64,000 nucleotides of DNA, from the NCBI GenBank assembly GCA_035221665.1, contig CM069150.1, positions 35,030,001 to 35,094,000 of the forward strand, in the 5' to 3' direction. The stretch is from Okamejei kenojei. Lineage: Eukaryota. The position numbers were made by a program, and so were the translations under genes. Below are positions 38,572 to 49,748 of this stretch, piece after piece (the stretch's first letter is position 1; each line of letters begins with the position of its first letter). The notes beneath the pieces were generated by a model. That model saw only the letters and a list, made by a program, of their open reading frames with translations. It ran no database searches and had not been told where the DNA came from.

Positions 38572-39929
38572 AACAAGTGAGTCAAGGTTTTCTGGAGCTC
38601 TTTAACACCCTGTCACAGATGTACACTTATTGTTGGGCAAGGTGCAATTTCTGCCCTGGCCCATAAGTAAGGTTTGTCAGATTTTCTGTGTCATTGAGAA
38701 GATTGTTACATAATGATTAGCCTCTAATCCACTTGATTAATACAAACAAGTTACCTGTGTCCTCTTTAAATTGTGCACATATAGATTGGATTACCATATC
38801 CCTGTATGAGATTAATGCATGGCTTAATTTCTTGAATAAAGTGCAGGATCAGTGTGGCATCAAGTGCAGAAGGTGCAGTACAGAATGGTGCAGTAAATGA
38901 CAATATAACCCGACTTGGCCTATTATGCTTGCATTGCATTGCCTTGATCATTTGACACAAATGCAGCTGGAAGCAAGACCATTAATGCTATTATTTCACT
39001 TTCTGTTCTTTATTTTTGTTGTAAATTTCCAAAATATTTTGCGTGTGTGTGGGGAAAGGGAACACAGATTGGCTAAATTTGTTCCTTGGAAGGAAGTGGA
39101 GAATTGCAACCTTCGGCAGTTGGTGGCAGGTTAGTGGCATTAAAGTGATTAGTGACCGTAACAGTTACCAATAACAAAGGAAATATTGGCATTGATGGCT
39201 TATGCTGTGGTTTCCCTTTCTCAGAACGTCCTGCAATCTCAGAAGTGTGCACAATTTATTTATAGCCGGAACGGAGCACCAGTGGTGTACAAGACGTTCT
39301 AAATGCAGATTGGCTGCTGTATCAGGATTTTTGTATTTTTTGACACCCCTGTGTATTATCATAATTGACTTCTGTACATGATATTGTGTTAAAATGAGGT
39401 GCATTTGTTTAAAGCCCTGGAGTCCCTTTCTTCGATTTTACCAAGTTTCAGCTTCATTGTCTGGGTCACATGACCTCTTCACCAGGCCTGTCCAAAGTTA
39501 TAAAAGCTGAGTGACAGGGAATGGAGATTCAGTGACAGACCAAATATATGAAAGAAATCAGACTGCCAGTTGCCCATTAGAGTGGCTGCTGTACACGGCG
39601 GCCTCATCATGTTTGCTTTCAAACTACACTGAGCACCTAAATCAGCAGAGTGAATGCAGATGGAAGTGGACAGTCGAGCTGCAAATGGCTGCAACAATGT
39701 CATCAAACTTTTTCATTCAACTGCAGGAAAGCTTATTATCGCCATTGTGTTGTGTGTTTAACTGTTTCAGTGAAGCAATCCAGCGATTGAGCTACGAGAG
39801 AAGATGATTCCTGAATTGTAACACTGGTGGGAGGGTTTAACTGGCTAAAAAAACAAAAACTTTGGTGGGAATAAAAGTACAAAGTGCAAGCGGATCTGGC
39901 AGGATCTTCAGAACAATAATAAAACCTGG

Positions 39930-40500
39930 ACATGTTAAGACCTTTTTGTAATATTGCAAAACATCCCAAAGTTCTTCACAGGAGTGTTGTTAAATACGAT
40001 TTGCCACTAAGTTACATAGGGAGATATTCAGGCAGATAACTAAAAACCTGGTTAAAGAGAAATCTTCTAAGGAACATTATTATAAAAGAAGAGTGATGTA
40101 GACAGGATAGAAATTCAACAAAGCAGTGAAGTTTACAGAAGGAATTGCCAAAGCTTAGGGTCTTGATCAGTGAAACCATTGCACATTGAATTCTGGGATG
40201 ATTAACAAACCAGATTACCAAAGTACATATATCAGGAAGGTGACAATGCTGGCAGAGTTTACTAAGGTAGAATGAGGCAAAGAGTTAAAAGCAAACGTGA
40301 ATAATTAAAATTAGGTAGCAATCACCGGGATCCATTGTGGATCGGTGTGTGCGTATCAGTTGCGGATAAATGGGATTAGAGTTGGTTAAAACATGGGAAA
40401 CTCGCATTGGTAAACATTTACCGATACTTGAAGAGTGAAGACAGACAAAGACAGACAGAAGAGTAAAGGCTTCTCCAAACCTGAGCACAATTTGGGTCAA
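39930..40500 (-). mobile_element. Old L2-like LINE 3' part
   Basis: aaacatcccaaagttcttcacaggag and gaaggaattgccaaagcttagggtc resemble reversed L2 3' sequence; heavily diverged. Confidence 0.5.
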
Positions 40501-40717
40501 ATTTGTTTTCTTAGGATATTGCTGAGGGCATTGGGGTTAGGGTTATGGTTGTGATAAAAGGAAAGGGGCAAAGAATATTTTTTTATAACTATTGGAGGTA
40601 ATCGTACGTGAGCGTGAAGAGAAACCACAGTTTTTAAAGCTTTTTGTTTCTCATTTGCAAGCATTGGCAAAATTGATGGTACAGTTTAAGTGAACTGTTG
40701 AGAATTACACTGAAGTG

Positions 40718-40807
40718 CTGGAGTAACTCAGCAGGTCAGGCAGCATCTCTGGGGAACATGGATAGGTGATGTTTTGGATTAGGACCCTTATTCAGGCCGA
40801 TTGTGTT
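40718..40807 (-). mobile_element. Penelope-terminus monomer with 16-bp flanking repeat
   Basis: ctggagtaactcagcaggtcaggcagcatctctgg...gacccttattcag; flanks gaattacactgaagtg (40702-40717) / gatttacactgaaatg (40808-40823). Confidence 0.78.
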
Positions 40808-41482
40808 GATTTACACTGAAATGGTTTGTGGACCTAAGCACTACAGTTGCTCCATGCTGCATTGGAGGTTCCTTAGAAAGGATCGGAGAGCTTTGGGTCT
40901 CCCATATAAAAATATATTCAAATAACGATCAGAAGTCTGGTTTATTGCTGTGTCTACACTGACGACATCAGTTTCTTCTTGACACCCCGGCAAAGGTGAA
41001 TATGAGGTATTTCTCTTCACACATGAGCAGGTTTGTTCCCTGTATTGTGCTAGTGTCCTCTCGCGGCCCATGTTACTTTTTTAGTGCATATCCATGGTTT
41101 ATTGTCGCAGAAGCAATGCATGAGGATTGCCATTTCACATGTGTATTTTAAGTCCACGAGAGCTTGTGATCAGACGTTTCAATGTGTTCAGTAAGGTCAT
41201 GATAGTATACCATGATTACATTTGTAGCCCAATTTAATCCTGTAATGAAGAAACAAATACAAGCTATGCATTTGAATTTCTAGGTGAGAATTTTACCTTT
41301 GATTGCGACAAACAAGTCTAAATCATAATTCAATTGTTTGTAAAATATTCTAAATAAACTAACAACTTTTTAAAAAAATGCATTCTAAGTGTAATTCATG
41401 TTTGCACTGGAGAGCTTTACACTGAGAGTCTGTTCCATTAGATGTTTGAAAATGCGCTTTGTGTGGGACATTTGAAGAGTTA

Positions 41483-42178
41483 AGGGCCTGTCCCACTTAC
41501 GTGTCCTTGGCACGCAAATTACGCGACCTCGTCGTTGCGTTGAGGCGCACGGGCATCGTGTGGCCGCACGGGGCCGGTCCCACTGAGAAGCGCGGAGGGG
41601 TATGTAGTTGTGCGCGGTATTGCACCGCGCTCCAAAATTTTGTAGCGAACAAAATCTTCGCGCGCCAACAGCCTGTCGCGTAATTGACGGCCAAAGTGGG
41701 ACAGGCCCAAGACCCTGGCGCGACGCAACGTTCTCACCTCGAACAGCAGCAGAAGCAGGCAAATGATCGCCGAGCTCGGCCTGGGGCTCACGGCCGTTGT
41801 GGATCTCATCCTCCCCCACTTCTACTCCCAGAGCGGGGCCAAGAAAATTGAAGATAGACACAAAATGCTGGAGTAACTCAGCGGGACCGGCAGCATCACT
41901 GGAGAGAAGCAATGGGTGACGTTTCGGGTCAAGACCCTTCTTTCAGACTGAAGAAGAGTCTCGACATGAACCGTCACTCATTCCTTCCCTCCAGAGATGC
42001 TGCTGGTCCCGCTGAGTTACTCCAGCATTTTGTGTCTAACTTCAAATGACGTCATGCGCTCCAGGCAGCTGTGCGGACCTATGATGTCACGTGTGACCTT
42101 CGCGGTACCGTCGCGCCTCAACGCGACCAGGAGGTTGCGTAATTAGCGTGCCAAGGACACGTAAGTGGGACAGGGGCT
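41483..42178. mobile_element. PIF/Harbinger-like MITE, ~696 bp
   Basis: ~65-bp TIRs agggcctgtcccacttacgtgtccttggcacgc.aattacgc / gcgtaattagcgtgccaaggacacgtaagtgggacaggggct; TTA on the left. Confidence 0.8.
41846..42047. mobile_element. Fold-back Penelope-terminus element nested in the MITE
   Basis: ttgaagatagacacaaaatgctggagtaactcagcgggacc... inverted relative to ...ggtcccgctgagttactccagcattttgtgtctaacttcaa. Confidence 0.88.
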
Positions 42179-44042
42179 GAAGGCTGCAAGGATGTCGCAT
42201 CCATTTGATAATGTCTTGTGCTTGAATCCATTGCTCTAGCTGGTCAGGACCGACGTGACGATTTGAAATTCTAATGTACTTATAATTGTCATTAAATCTC
42301 TTTACTTGTCATAATCAATACAATTTTTAATCTGTGAGTTTTTCTATAAATACAATTGCAGTAAACTACTGCAATTGAGCAAAAATCAAATAACTGATAA
42401 CACTGAAAGGCGGCAAGCAGCAGATATACTCGAGTTTGGCAAGCTGCCAGGTTGAAACCCAATCATTTCTTTCAGAGCTGGTCTAGTAAATCCCAAAATA
42501 CTATCCCTCGAAATACAACCTCTTAGTACTTTAATGTTACATCCAAATCCTTATTTTTCTCCCATATTGGCTCCCTTTTATCATATTACTTTATATGGTG
42601 TTTCACATTGATTCATATTTCCTCATGCCAAACGTGCTCAATGATTAACATCCATGTTTCAATATTTTTACAGTTTGTGTGATGAGCACATAATTAATCA
42701 ACTGTTAAATTTATCCTTTCCTTATGTCGGATTCACATTCTATAGTTACCCTGGTCAATAGTTACTGGTTCAGACATCCAATCCTCATCCCTTATAAACT
42801 TGCGCAACCAGTCAATACAGCAACTAATGCAACTAATTGACTAACTGCTAGCCTCATTTTGGACCACCTCATTGTGACTAACTGTCTAGTCTGGCGTGTA
42901 ACTCTGCACTTGTTGCTGTCTCCTACCATTAACAATCTCTTAACTCTTTGGTTGTTTACTCAATATATTTGTATCGGATGCACAATGCGACTTTGTCTCA
43001 TGTTCCTATGATGGTGCATCAGCACCAGAGCCTGAGCAACAATATGTGATGAGTGTTTAATTGAGGTGTTGCAGAATTAATGAAGAGGGGCATTTTGTTT
43101 GATCCACAGTTTTAAGACAGTTTGGTGGTGATGCAGTATTCCTCCCTTGTCTTTTATTTGGCCTAGCTTTAGTTTCTCCTTTCTGCAACACACAGTGGCC
43201 AAAGTAGCATTGTGCCTCCGTGCATAGACCCACAGACCCAAGTAGTCATTTTTGGGAGGCATCATTCCATATTTGATGTTACCCATATCTCTTCATCATT
43301 AATCAGATGCTGTAGGTGCTCGTCATGCTCGTTGTTTATTATCCCCTTCCCAGAATCTTCAATCACACAAACCATTACCTCCTAGCACTGTCTCTGAATA
43401 TTCTAACTGTACATTCCCATCAAAAACTCCCATTAGCAAGAATGGTACCAATACCACTGGAATGATGTCCTGATCATCATCTTATCCAAACAGAATGCCA
43501 TGTTCTCATTCCAAATGAACCATTAATGTAATTAAAGTTTACGGATATGGGAAACGCTAGTCGTATTGTTAATTATTTTGGCTTTTTAGTTAATAACCAA
43601 ATCAAACTCTGAATACATGCTGCATCCGATGCCTCTTGAAGGAATATGGTTCCCATTAGCTTAATTTTTAATTAATTGCATCCTTCCAATCTCTGTCACC
43701 AACATAGATAGACATTCTGAAGAAGGGTCCCGACCCGAAACGTCACCAATTCAATACCTCTCATAATGTATTTCTACATGTTATCTAAATAAATACAGTT
43801 TCCTTCTGACAATTTGCCATGGATTCTGTTCCTACCCATTTCTGCCAAATCTTATGCTGTTTGTTACTTAGCTTCTCTGACACCTTTCTCTGCTCTTGTT
43901 TTGTTTCTAATTTTACAACAGCAGTTCTCTTTACTAATTTAACATGAATTAATTGTAAACAGCTCCCTTGCCATTATTGTGTTGATCTATCCAAGCTCGT
44001 TTGTATGGCCCCCTTGCACAAAGTCTATTCAAGTCCATGTAA

Positions 44043-44352
44043 AGGGCAGCATGGTGTTGTAGCAGTAGAGTTGCTGCCTTGCAGCGCTTACCGTTCCAGA
44101 GATCCGGTTTCGATCTCGACTATGGGTGATGTCTGTACGGAATTTGTACATTCCCCCCCCGTGACCGGGTAGGTTTTCGTCGATTTCCTCCCTCACTCTA
44201 AAGATGTACAGGTTTGTAGGTGAGTTGGCTTGGCATAAATATAAATTGTCCGTAGTGTTGGTAGGGTCGTGTTAATTTGCGGGAATTGCTGGTTGACGGG
44301 GACTCGCTGGGCCGAAGAGCCTGTTTCCGCACTGTATCTCCATAAAAACTAA
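44043..44352 (+). mobile_element. V-SINE/HE1-type SINE
   Basis: gcagtagagttgctgcc...ggtttcgatctc head; tail gggccgaagagcctgtttccgcactgtatctc. Confidence 0.88.
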
Positions 44353-45119
44353 AGCCTGATTGTTGGAGGTACCAACAATTGGAGCCCAGCCTCTATGTGT
44401 TCCTCCTCTGCCAGTGTCTACATGTCCTATATAGAACACTTCAGTCGCTTGTATAGGAAGCAAGTCATCCACATCCACAAAGCAGTGCGTAAGAATCCAG
44501 CCACTGTTGTCTCCAGAGTCGAGGCATTGATCACTTGTTGTCCACAAGACCAATTAGTCATACGGCACAAAAATGGAAGTGCACCCATTCTTCTTTAAGC
44601 ATCTGTAGGCTTTTTAACCTAATTTTAATAGTTTGATATACATTGGATGTTGATTCTTTATTTCTAATGTCTGTTTTCAAATTTGTCTCTTCTCGTCTAT
44701 CTCAGATCTTACTTAGATCTTATGGTTGGGATCCCAACTATACTTTCATGATTTATTTTTTGATACCAATCAGTCACTACTTAGATTGTTGAATGTGACA
44801 AGAATTATTTATTTAGTCTGGATTATTTAGGTGGATTTCTTCTTCACTGGTCTTGTTGCTTCATGTGAAATGTTGAAGACTGGTTCCTAAATTGCCATAA
44901 GAAAAATAGCGTTCACTTCCACAAAGCCAGATCCCATGTTCTCACCTGTCTTTAAACTGCCATCTCATCCCAAACTTCTTCTCATGTTCTTTTGCCCTGC
45001 AAAGTCCACATTCTAATCTTTCCCAATTATTCTGTTTTAAAACCTTGCCATCTGCAATCGCTGTTTCCTTTCCAAAATCTTGAAGCAAAGTCTCAACTCT
45101 GTTTAGTTGATAGCGCAAA

Positions 45120-45214
45120 GCTGGACATGAAATGCTGGAGTAACTCAGCGGGTCAGGCAGCATCTCTGAAGAGAAGGAATGGGTGATGTTTTGGGTCGAG
45201 ACCCTTCTTCAGAC
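45120..45214 (-). mobile_element. Penelope-terminus monomer
   Basis: aaatgctggagtaactcagcgggtcaggcagcatctctg...gggtcgagacccttcttcagac. Confidence 0.85.
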
Positions 45215-45535
45215 CTTTTCTTCCTTTGACCTTTTCATTTCCAACTGCAGGCAGGACATCAACCGCCTCAACTTTTCCACTCCCCTGTCTTATTCTAACC
45301 TCTTCCCCCCCTGAACGTACAGCCCTCCGCTCACTCCGCAGTTACCCAACCCGGACTATAGTTGATAGCACAGGCAGAAATCGGAGGACTGAGGTGCTGT
45401 AGTGATTGCCCAGGCTTATGAATGATTCATCTCAACTGTAATGTTTGAGAAAATAATTTCTGTATGGCTTAATCTTATAGAAACATACAGCACAGAAACG
45501 GTGCCTTTTGGCCTACTTCAGCCATGCCAACGGTG

Positions 45536-45630
45536 ACGTCTGAAGAAGGGTCTCGACCCGAAACGTCGCCTATCTCCTTCGCTCCTTAGATGCTGCTGCA
45601 CCCGCTGAGTTTCTCCAGCTTTTTGTGTAA
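45536..45630 (+). mobile_element. Penelope-terminus monomer with intact hammerhead-like core, inserted in a CR1 tail
   Basis: gtctgaagaagggtctcgacccgaaacgtcgcctatctccttcgc, identical to 38482-38526. Confidence 0.85.
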
Positions 45631-45699
45631 CCCCCCATCCTTAAGTATACTCAGGTCATGGCCCATAGTGCAAAATAAACTTGGCAGTGAACAGGTTAA

Positions 45700-46030
45700 T
45701 ACCATTTGCCACACTAGACCTGTATCCATCCCTACCCTTCCTATACAAGTACATGTCCAAATGCCTTTTGAACGCTGATATCATACATGCCTCCACCACC
45801 TCCTCTGGCAGCAATTTCCAGATGTTCACCAACCTCTGTGTGGGAAATTTACCCTCCGATCACCTTTAAATTTCTCCCCTCTCACCTTAAATCAGTGCCC
45901 TTTACTTTCCAAGACCTTGTCATGGAAAGAAAATATTCTGACTATCTATCCTCTCTCTGCTCCTTTTAATTTTATAAATATAAGGTCACTGCTCAGCTTC
46001 CTACAGTCCAGTGAGAATAAACCCAAGCTT
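45700..46030 (-). mobile_element. CR1 3' part
   Basis: gcctccaccacctcctctggcagcaatttccagatgttcaccaacctctgtgtg; tail piece at 45475-45530. Confidence 0.75.
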
Positions 46031-46034
46031 TTAA

Positions 46035-46355
46035 GGGTGGGACAGAGCACAGCTGATAGAGTTGCTGCCTCACAGCGGCAGAGACCCAGGTTCGATCCTG
46101 ACTTCAGATGCTATCTCTGTGGAGTTTACATGTTCGCCCTGTGACAATGTGGGTTTCCTCCTGGAGCTCAGGTTTCATCACACATCCCAAAGACGTGCGG
46201 GTTTGTAGATAAATTGACCTCTGTAAATTGCCCCTAGTATGTAGGAAGTGGATGAGAAAGTGGAAAACCTTAGAACTAGTGGGAATCAGTGATCAATGTT
46301 CGGCATGAACTTGGTGGGCCTTGGTGCCTGTTTCCATGCTGTATCTTTCCATCAA
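46035..46355 (+). mobile_element. V-SINE/HE1-type SINE
   Basis: gagttgctgcctcacagcggcagagacccaggttcgatcc (B box) through ggtgcctgtttccatgctgtatc. Confidence 0.88.
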
Positions 46356-46749
46356 TTTAACAATATATCCAATATCTCCTTACAACTGTTTTCTGAACAT
46401 ATAGCTAAACACTTATCTGGTTTTCCATTTTTGGTTTCTTTGGAATAGACCTTGTCTCCAGATCACCATTGTTACATTACTCTTTCTATGGAAAATTGAT
46501 GCAATGCAAACCCTGATATGAAACTGTTAATTTATTGCTTTTTACGTATTTACATATCATTCCCTGTTAAATAATTGCATTTGGCCATTAACATTCAAGA
46601 CTATTATTCTACCACCTTTTGAAGCCTCGGTGGATCATGTCACTATGAAACCAGTAAGTTGTGCGAAAATCATTTTGCTCCCTGAATACCCAACACACAT
46701 AACAAAACTTCAGAATATAATGATGTAGGGAGATGTGTATTCACCTTTA

Positions 46750-47235
46750 GTATTTAGGTTTAGGATTATTATTGTCATATTTTCAGATGCAGTGAAAAGC
46801 TTTGTTTTACATACTTTCCAATCAGATCAGATAATACTATACATATATACAAGCAACTCAAACTCAAGTTCAGCTGGGGAAGATCCAGGGTGCAGAATAT
46901 AGTTCTCACCAACGAAGCGCATTAGTACCATAGACAACGTCCAGTCCTCAATGATGTCGAGGTGAATTGGGCAGTATCCTAGCTTAAGGAAGATTATTCA
47001 GCATCCTGATAACAGAGGGGACAAAGCTGTTTCTCAGTCTGGTGTTCCTCAAGCTGTTTCTCAGTCTTTCAAGCTTCTGTACCTTTTGCCGGAGAGAAAC
47101 AGGGAGAAGAAAAATGGGACAAGTGTAGGTGGAGTCAACGGTGGGAAGTCTGGTCCATGTGATAGACACTGGACTACATTTCCAACCCTGCAATTTCTTG
47201 TGGTCTTGGGCAAAACAGTTCTCAAACCAAGTTGA
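46750..47235 (-). mobile_element. Rex1/Babar-like 3' fragment
   Basis: ORF 46984-47193(-) ...NTRLRNSFVPSVIRMLN resembles the C-terminus of the 2534-3364 RT. Confidence 0.7.
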
Positions 47236-47321
47236 GAAGCAACATTTTGTAGAAATAAGGAAGATTAAAAGTAACTCCTAAATGTAACTAGTCCCCGGAA
47301 TCTTAGTTCCCTTTCTTTTGT

Positions 47322-47572
47322 TCAGTTTATTTTAGTCTAGAGATACAACGCAGAAACAGGCCTCTCGGCCCACCGAGCCTGCGCCGGCCAGCGATCCCCG
47401 TACACTAGCGCTATCCTACACACGAGAGACAATTTGCAGTTCTTACTGAAGCCAATTAACCAATAAACCTCGTACTTCTTTGGAATGTGGGAGGAAACCA
47501 GAGCTCCTGGAGAAAACTCACACAGTGAGTAAATACAAACCCCGTACACACAGCACCCATAGTTAGGATCAA
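47322..47572 (-). mobile_element. V-SINE/HE1-type SINE
   Basis: tagagatacaacgcagaaacaggcctctcggccc tail; gggaggaaaccagagctcctggagaaaac V-domain. Confidence 0.88.
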
Positions 47573-48099
47573 AGATGTAATAGTCTATGGGTTGCAATGC
47601 TTGGATTTGTTCCAGGTTTCTATGTATTTGCACTTTGCACAATGAGCCCAACATGGTGGGCATTCTACCTCATCTGTGACCGTCTTGTGAGGCTTTTTGT
47701 CACCTAATCCAGCGCATGCAAGGTTACCAGTAATGTATGGTAATAAAATGCAGAGCCCAGAAACTACTGTTCATGTTATTAGTAGACAGATGTTTAATAT
47801 GCATATATATCATTTTGTACACATTTTAACACTGGTATTAAGTATTTAATAGAAGCAAGTTAACATCAGTAGGTTAAAAGACGGAAAAGAGGAATATGAG
47901 ATCACAGATTGTAATTTTCAGTGTGATCTGATGTGTAAAACTGTATTGTAATACTAACTTCTCTGGTAAGGAAAAGCATTTGGCCGTGGATCCAGACTTC
48001 TGGCCAACCTTATTTTTAAGCCAGTCGGATGTACCAGCTCGGACTGATCAATCGCAAGCATATTGACATTGTTATTGTCGACATAACCAAAATAGTTGT

Positions 48100-48275
48100 G
48101 TGGCACGGTGGTGAAGTGGTTGAGATGCTGCCTTGAAGCGCTTACAGCGCCAGAGACCCGGGTTCGATCCCGATAGGGGTGCTGTCTGTTTGGAGTTTGT
48201 ATGTTCTCCCCGTGGCCACATAGGTTTATTCCGGGCTTTTCGGTTTCCTCCCACACTCCAAAGAATTTGTAGTTT
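48100..48275 (+). mobile_element. V-SINE 5' half
   Basis: tggcacggtggtgaagtgg, gacccgggttcgatcc (B box), cggtttcctcccacactccaaag. Confidence 0.85.
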
Positions 48276-48733
48276 CCAAAAAAGAAGAAGTAAAATACAT
48301 AAATTCAAGAGAGCACACTTGCATGCCAGATCTGCAATGATTATATGACTAGCCAAAACAATGTGCCTTAATGCAGGTTACATCTCTTACTGCATTCACA
48401 AGGTTATCTGTTTACAAGAAGTATGTGTGTTGTTGCCTCAGTCAATTGAATCCTATGTTAAACTATGTGTTTGTATGTTAGTTTCTTCCAATGATCGCTT
48501 GTCAGTCTGTGGCTGTCCCTCTTGCACTTAAAAATGCCTTGTCCATTGCAGAACTTGCCCCAATTTCATTTCCATTGAAAGCAGGCAGATTCAATATTGA
48601 GTTGCCAATTGGCAAAGCAAGTTAAATGTCTGGAAGCATCTTCAAAATCAGCTGTTCACTCGGTGGTGCATCTCTTTAGTTTGTCAAGGAGCATAGACTT
48701 TCCCCTCTCATAGGGACTGTTCTGGGTGACTTA

Positions 48734-49067
48734 AGGGGCTGTCCCACTTGGGCGACCCTAATTGGCGAGTTTAGAAGCGTTTTAAACAAATGACGTTGAA
48801 AACCTCCTTCAACTATGTGGAAGACCTCCATCGACCTCCTTCAATTTTTTCCATGGCGACCTTTTTTTACTCGCGGGCATTTTTTTAACATATTGAAAAA
48901 AAAACGCCGCGACCTTGCTGAGGCCTCAAGCACGCGGAGATCACTCTCGAGCATGAAGGAGAGTTACGAAGACCTCCTACGACCTTGTGTCGACCATGCT
49001 GCGAGTATGAGTCGAGGGCAAACTCGCCAGAACTCGCGGATTAGGTCGCCCAAGTGGGACAGGCCCT
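48734..49067. mobile_element. PIF/Harbinger-like MITE, 334 bp
   Basis: TIRs aggggctgtcccacttgggcgacc / ggtcgcccaagtgggacaggccct; perfect TTA TSD (48731-48733, 49068-49070). Confidence 0.88.
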
Positions 49068-49084
49068 TTACATTTTTTTTCCTG

Positions 49085-49748
49085 GGGGAACTGCAGATGC
49101 TGCTTTATAAAAAAGACACAGGAGACATTTTAGATCGGGACCCTTCTTCAGGCTAATTGTAGTGGGGATGATACATGTGGAGGGGGAGAGAGAGGGTTGA
49201 TTGGCGGATCGATGGACAAAGACCAATTGGAAAGAATATAGGTCGATGGGATTGGGGGAGTTGGAAGGGTAGCAATGGATGCAAATCCAAGTGGGGCACA
49301 GGGAAGTGGAGGGGGGAGGAACAACACCTTATATTTCACTTGGATACTCTACAGCCCAAAGGAATGTACATTAAATTCTCTAATTTGAGTAACTAACCTA
49401 TAAATGAACTCCTCTTTCTCCCCCCCCCCCCCCCACTCCTCCCTGTGCCCCATTGGGATTTGCACCCATTTCTACCCTCCCTCCCCATCATCTACCACCT
49501 ATATTCCATCCTCTGGCATCACAACAGGTACCTCTTCTATCCTTATCTCCTTATCACACACATTTTTTCTCATGCCTGGCTTTTGTCAATCAACCTCCAA
49601 CCCCTCGCCTGTATCCACCTATCACTTGTCAGGTGGTGTCCTGTCCCACCTCTCTTTCTGCTCCACCCCTCACTGCAATCAGTGTGAAGAAAGGTCCTAA
49701 CCCAAAATGTCCGGCCTGAACCGTTGAGCTACTCCCGCTCTTTGTGTA
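49085..49748 (+). mobile_element. 5'-truncated Penelope-like element with inverted upstream terminal segment
   Basis: 49085-49290 is antisense terminus/UTR; 49300-49396 encodes EEQHLIFHLDTLQPKGMYIKFSN* (GIY-YIG C-terminus); then C-rich UTR and degenerate core gtgaagaaaggtcctaacccaaaatgtc. Confidence 0.8.

Noticed and set aside
41385-41912. 175-aa minus-strand ORF
   Set aside because: Spans MITE and palindromic repeat sequence; no domain features
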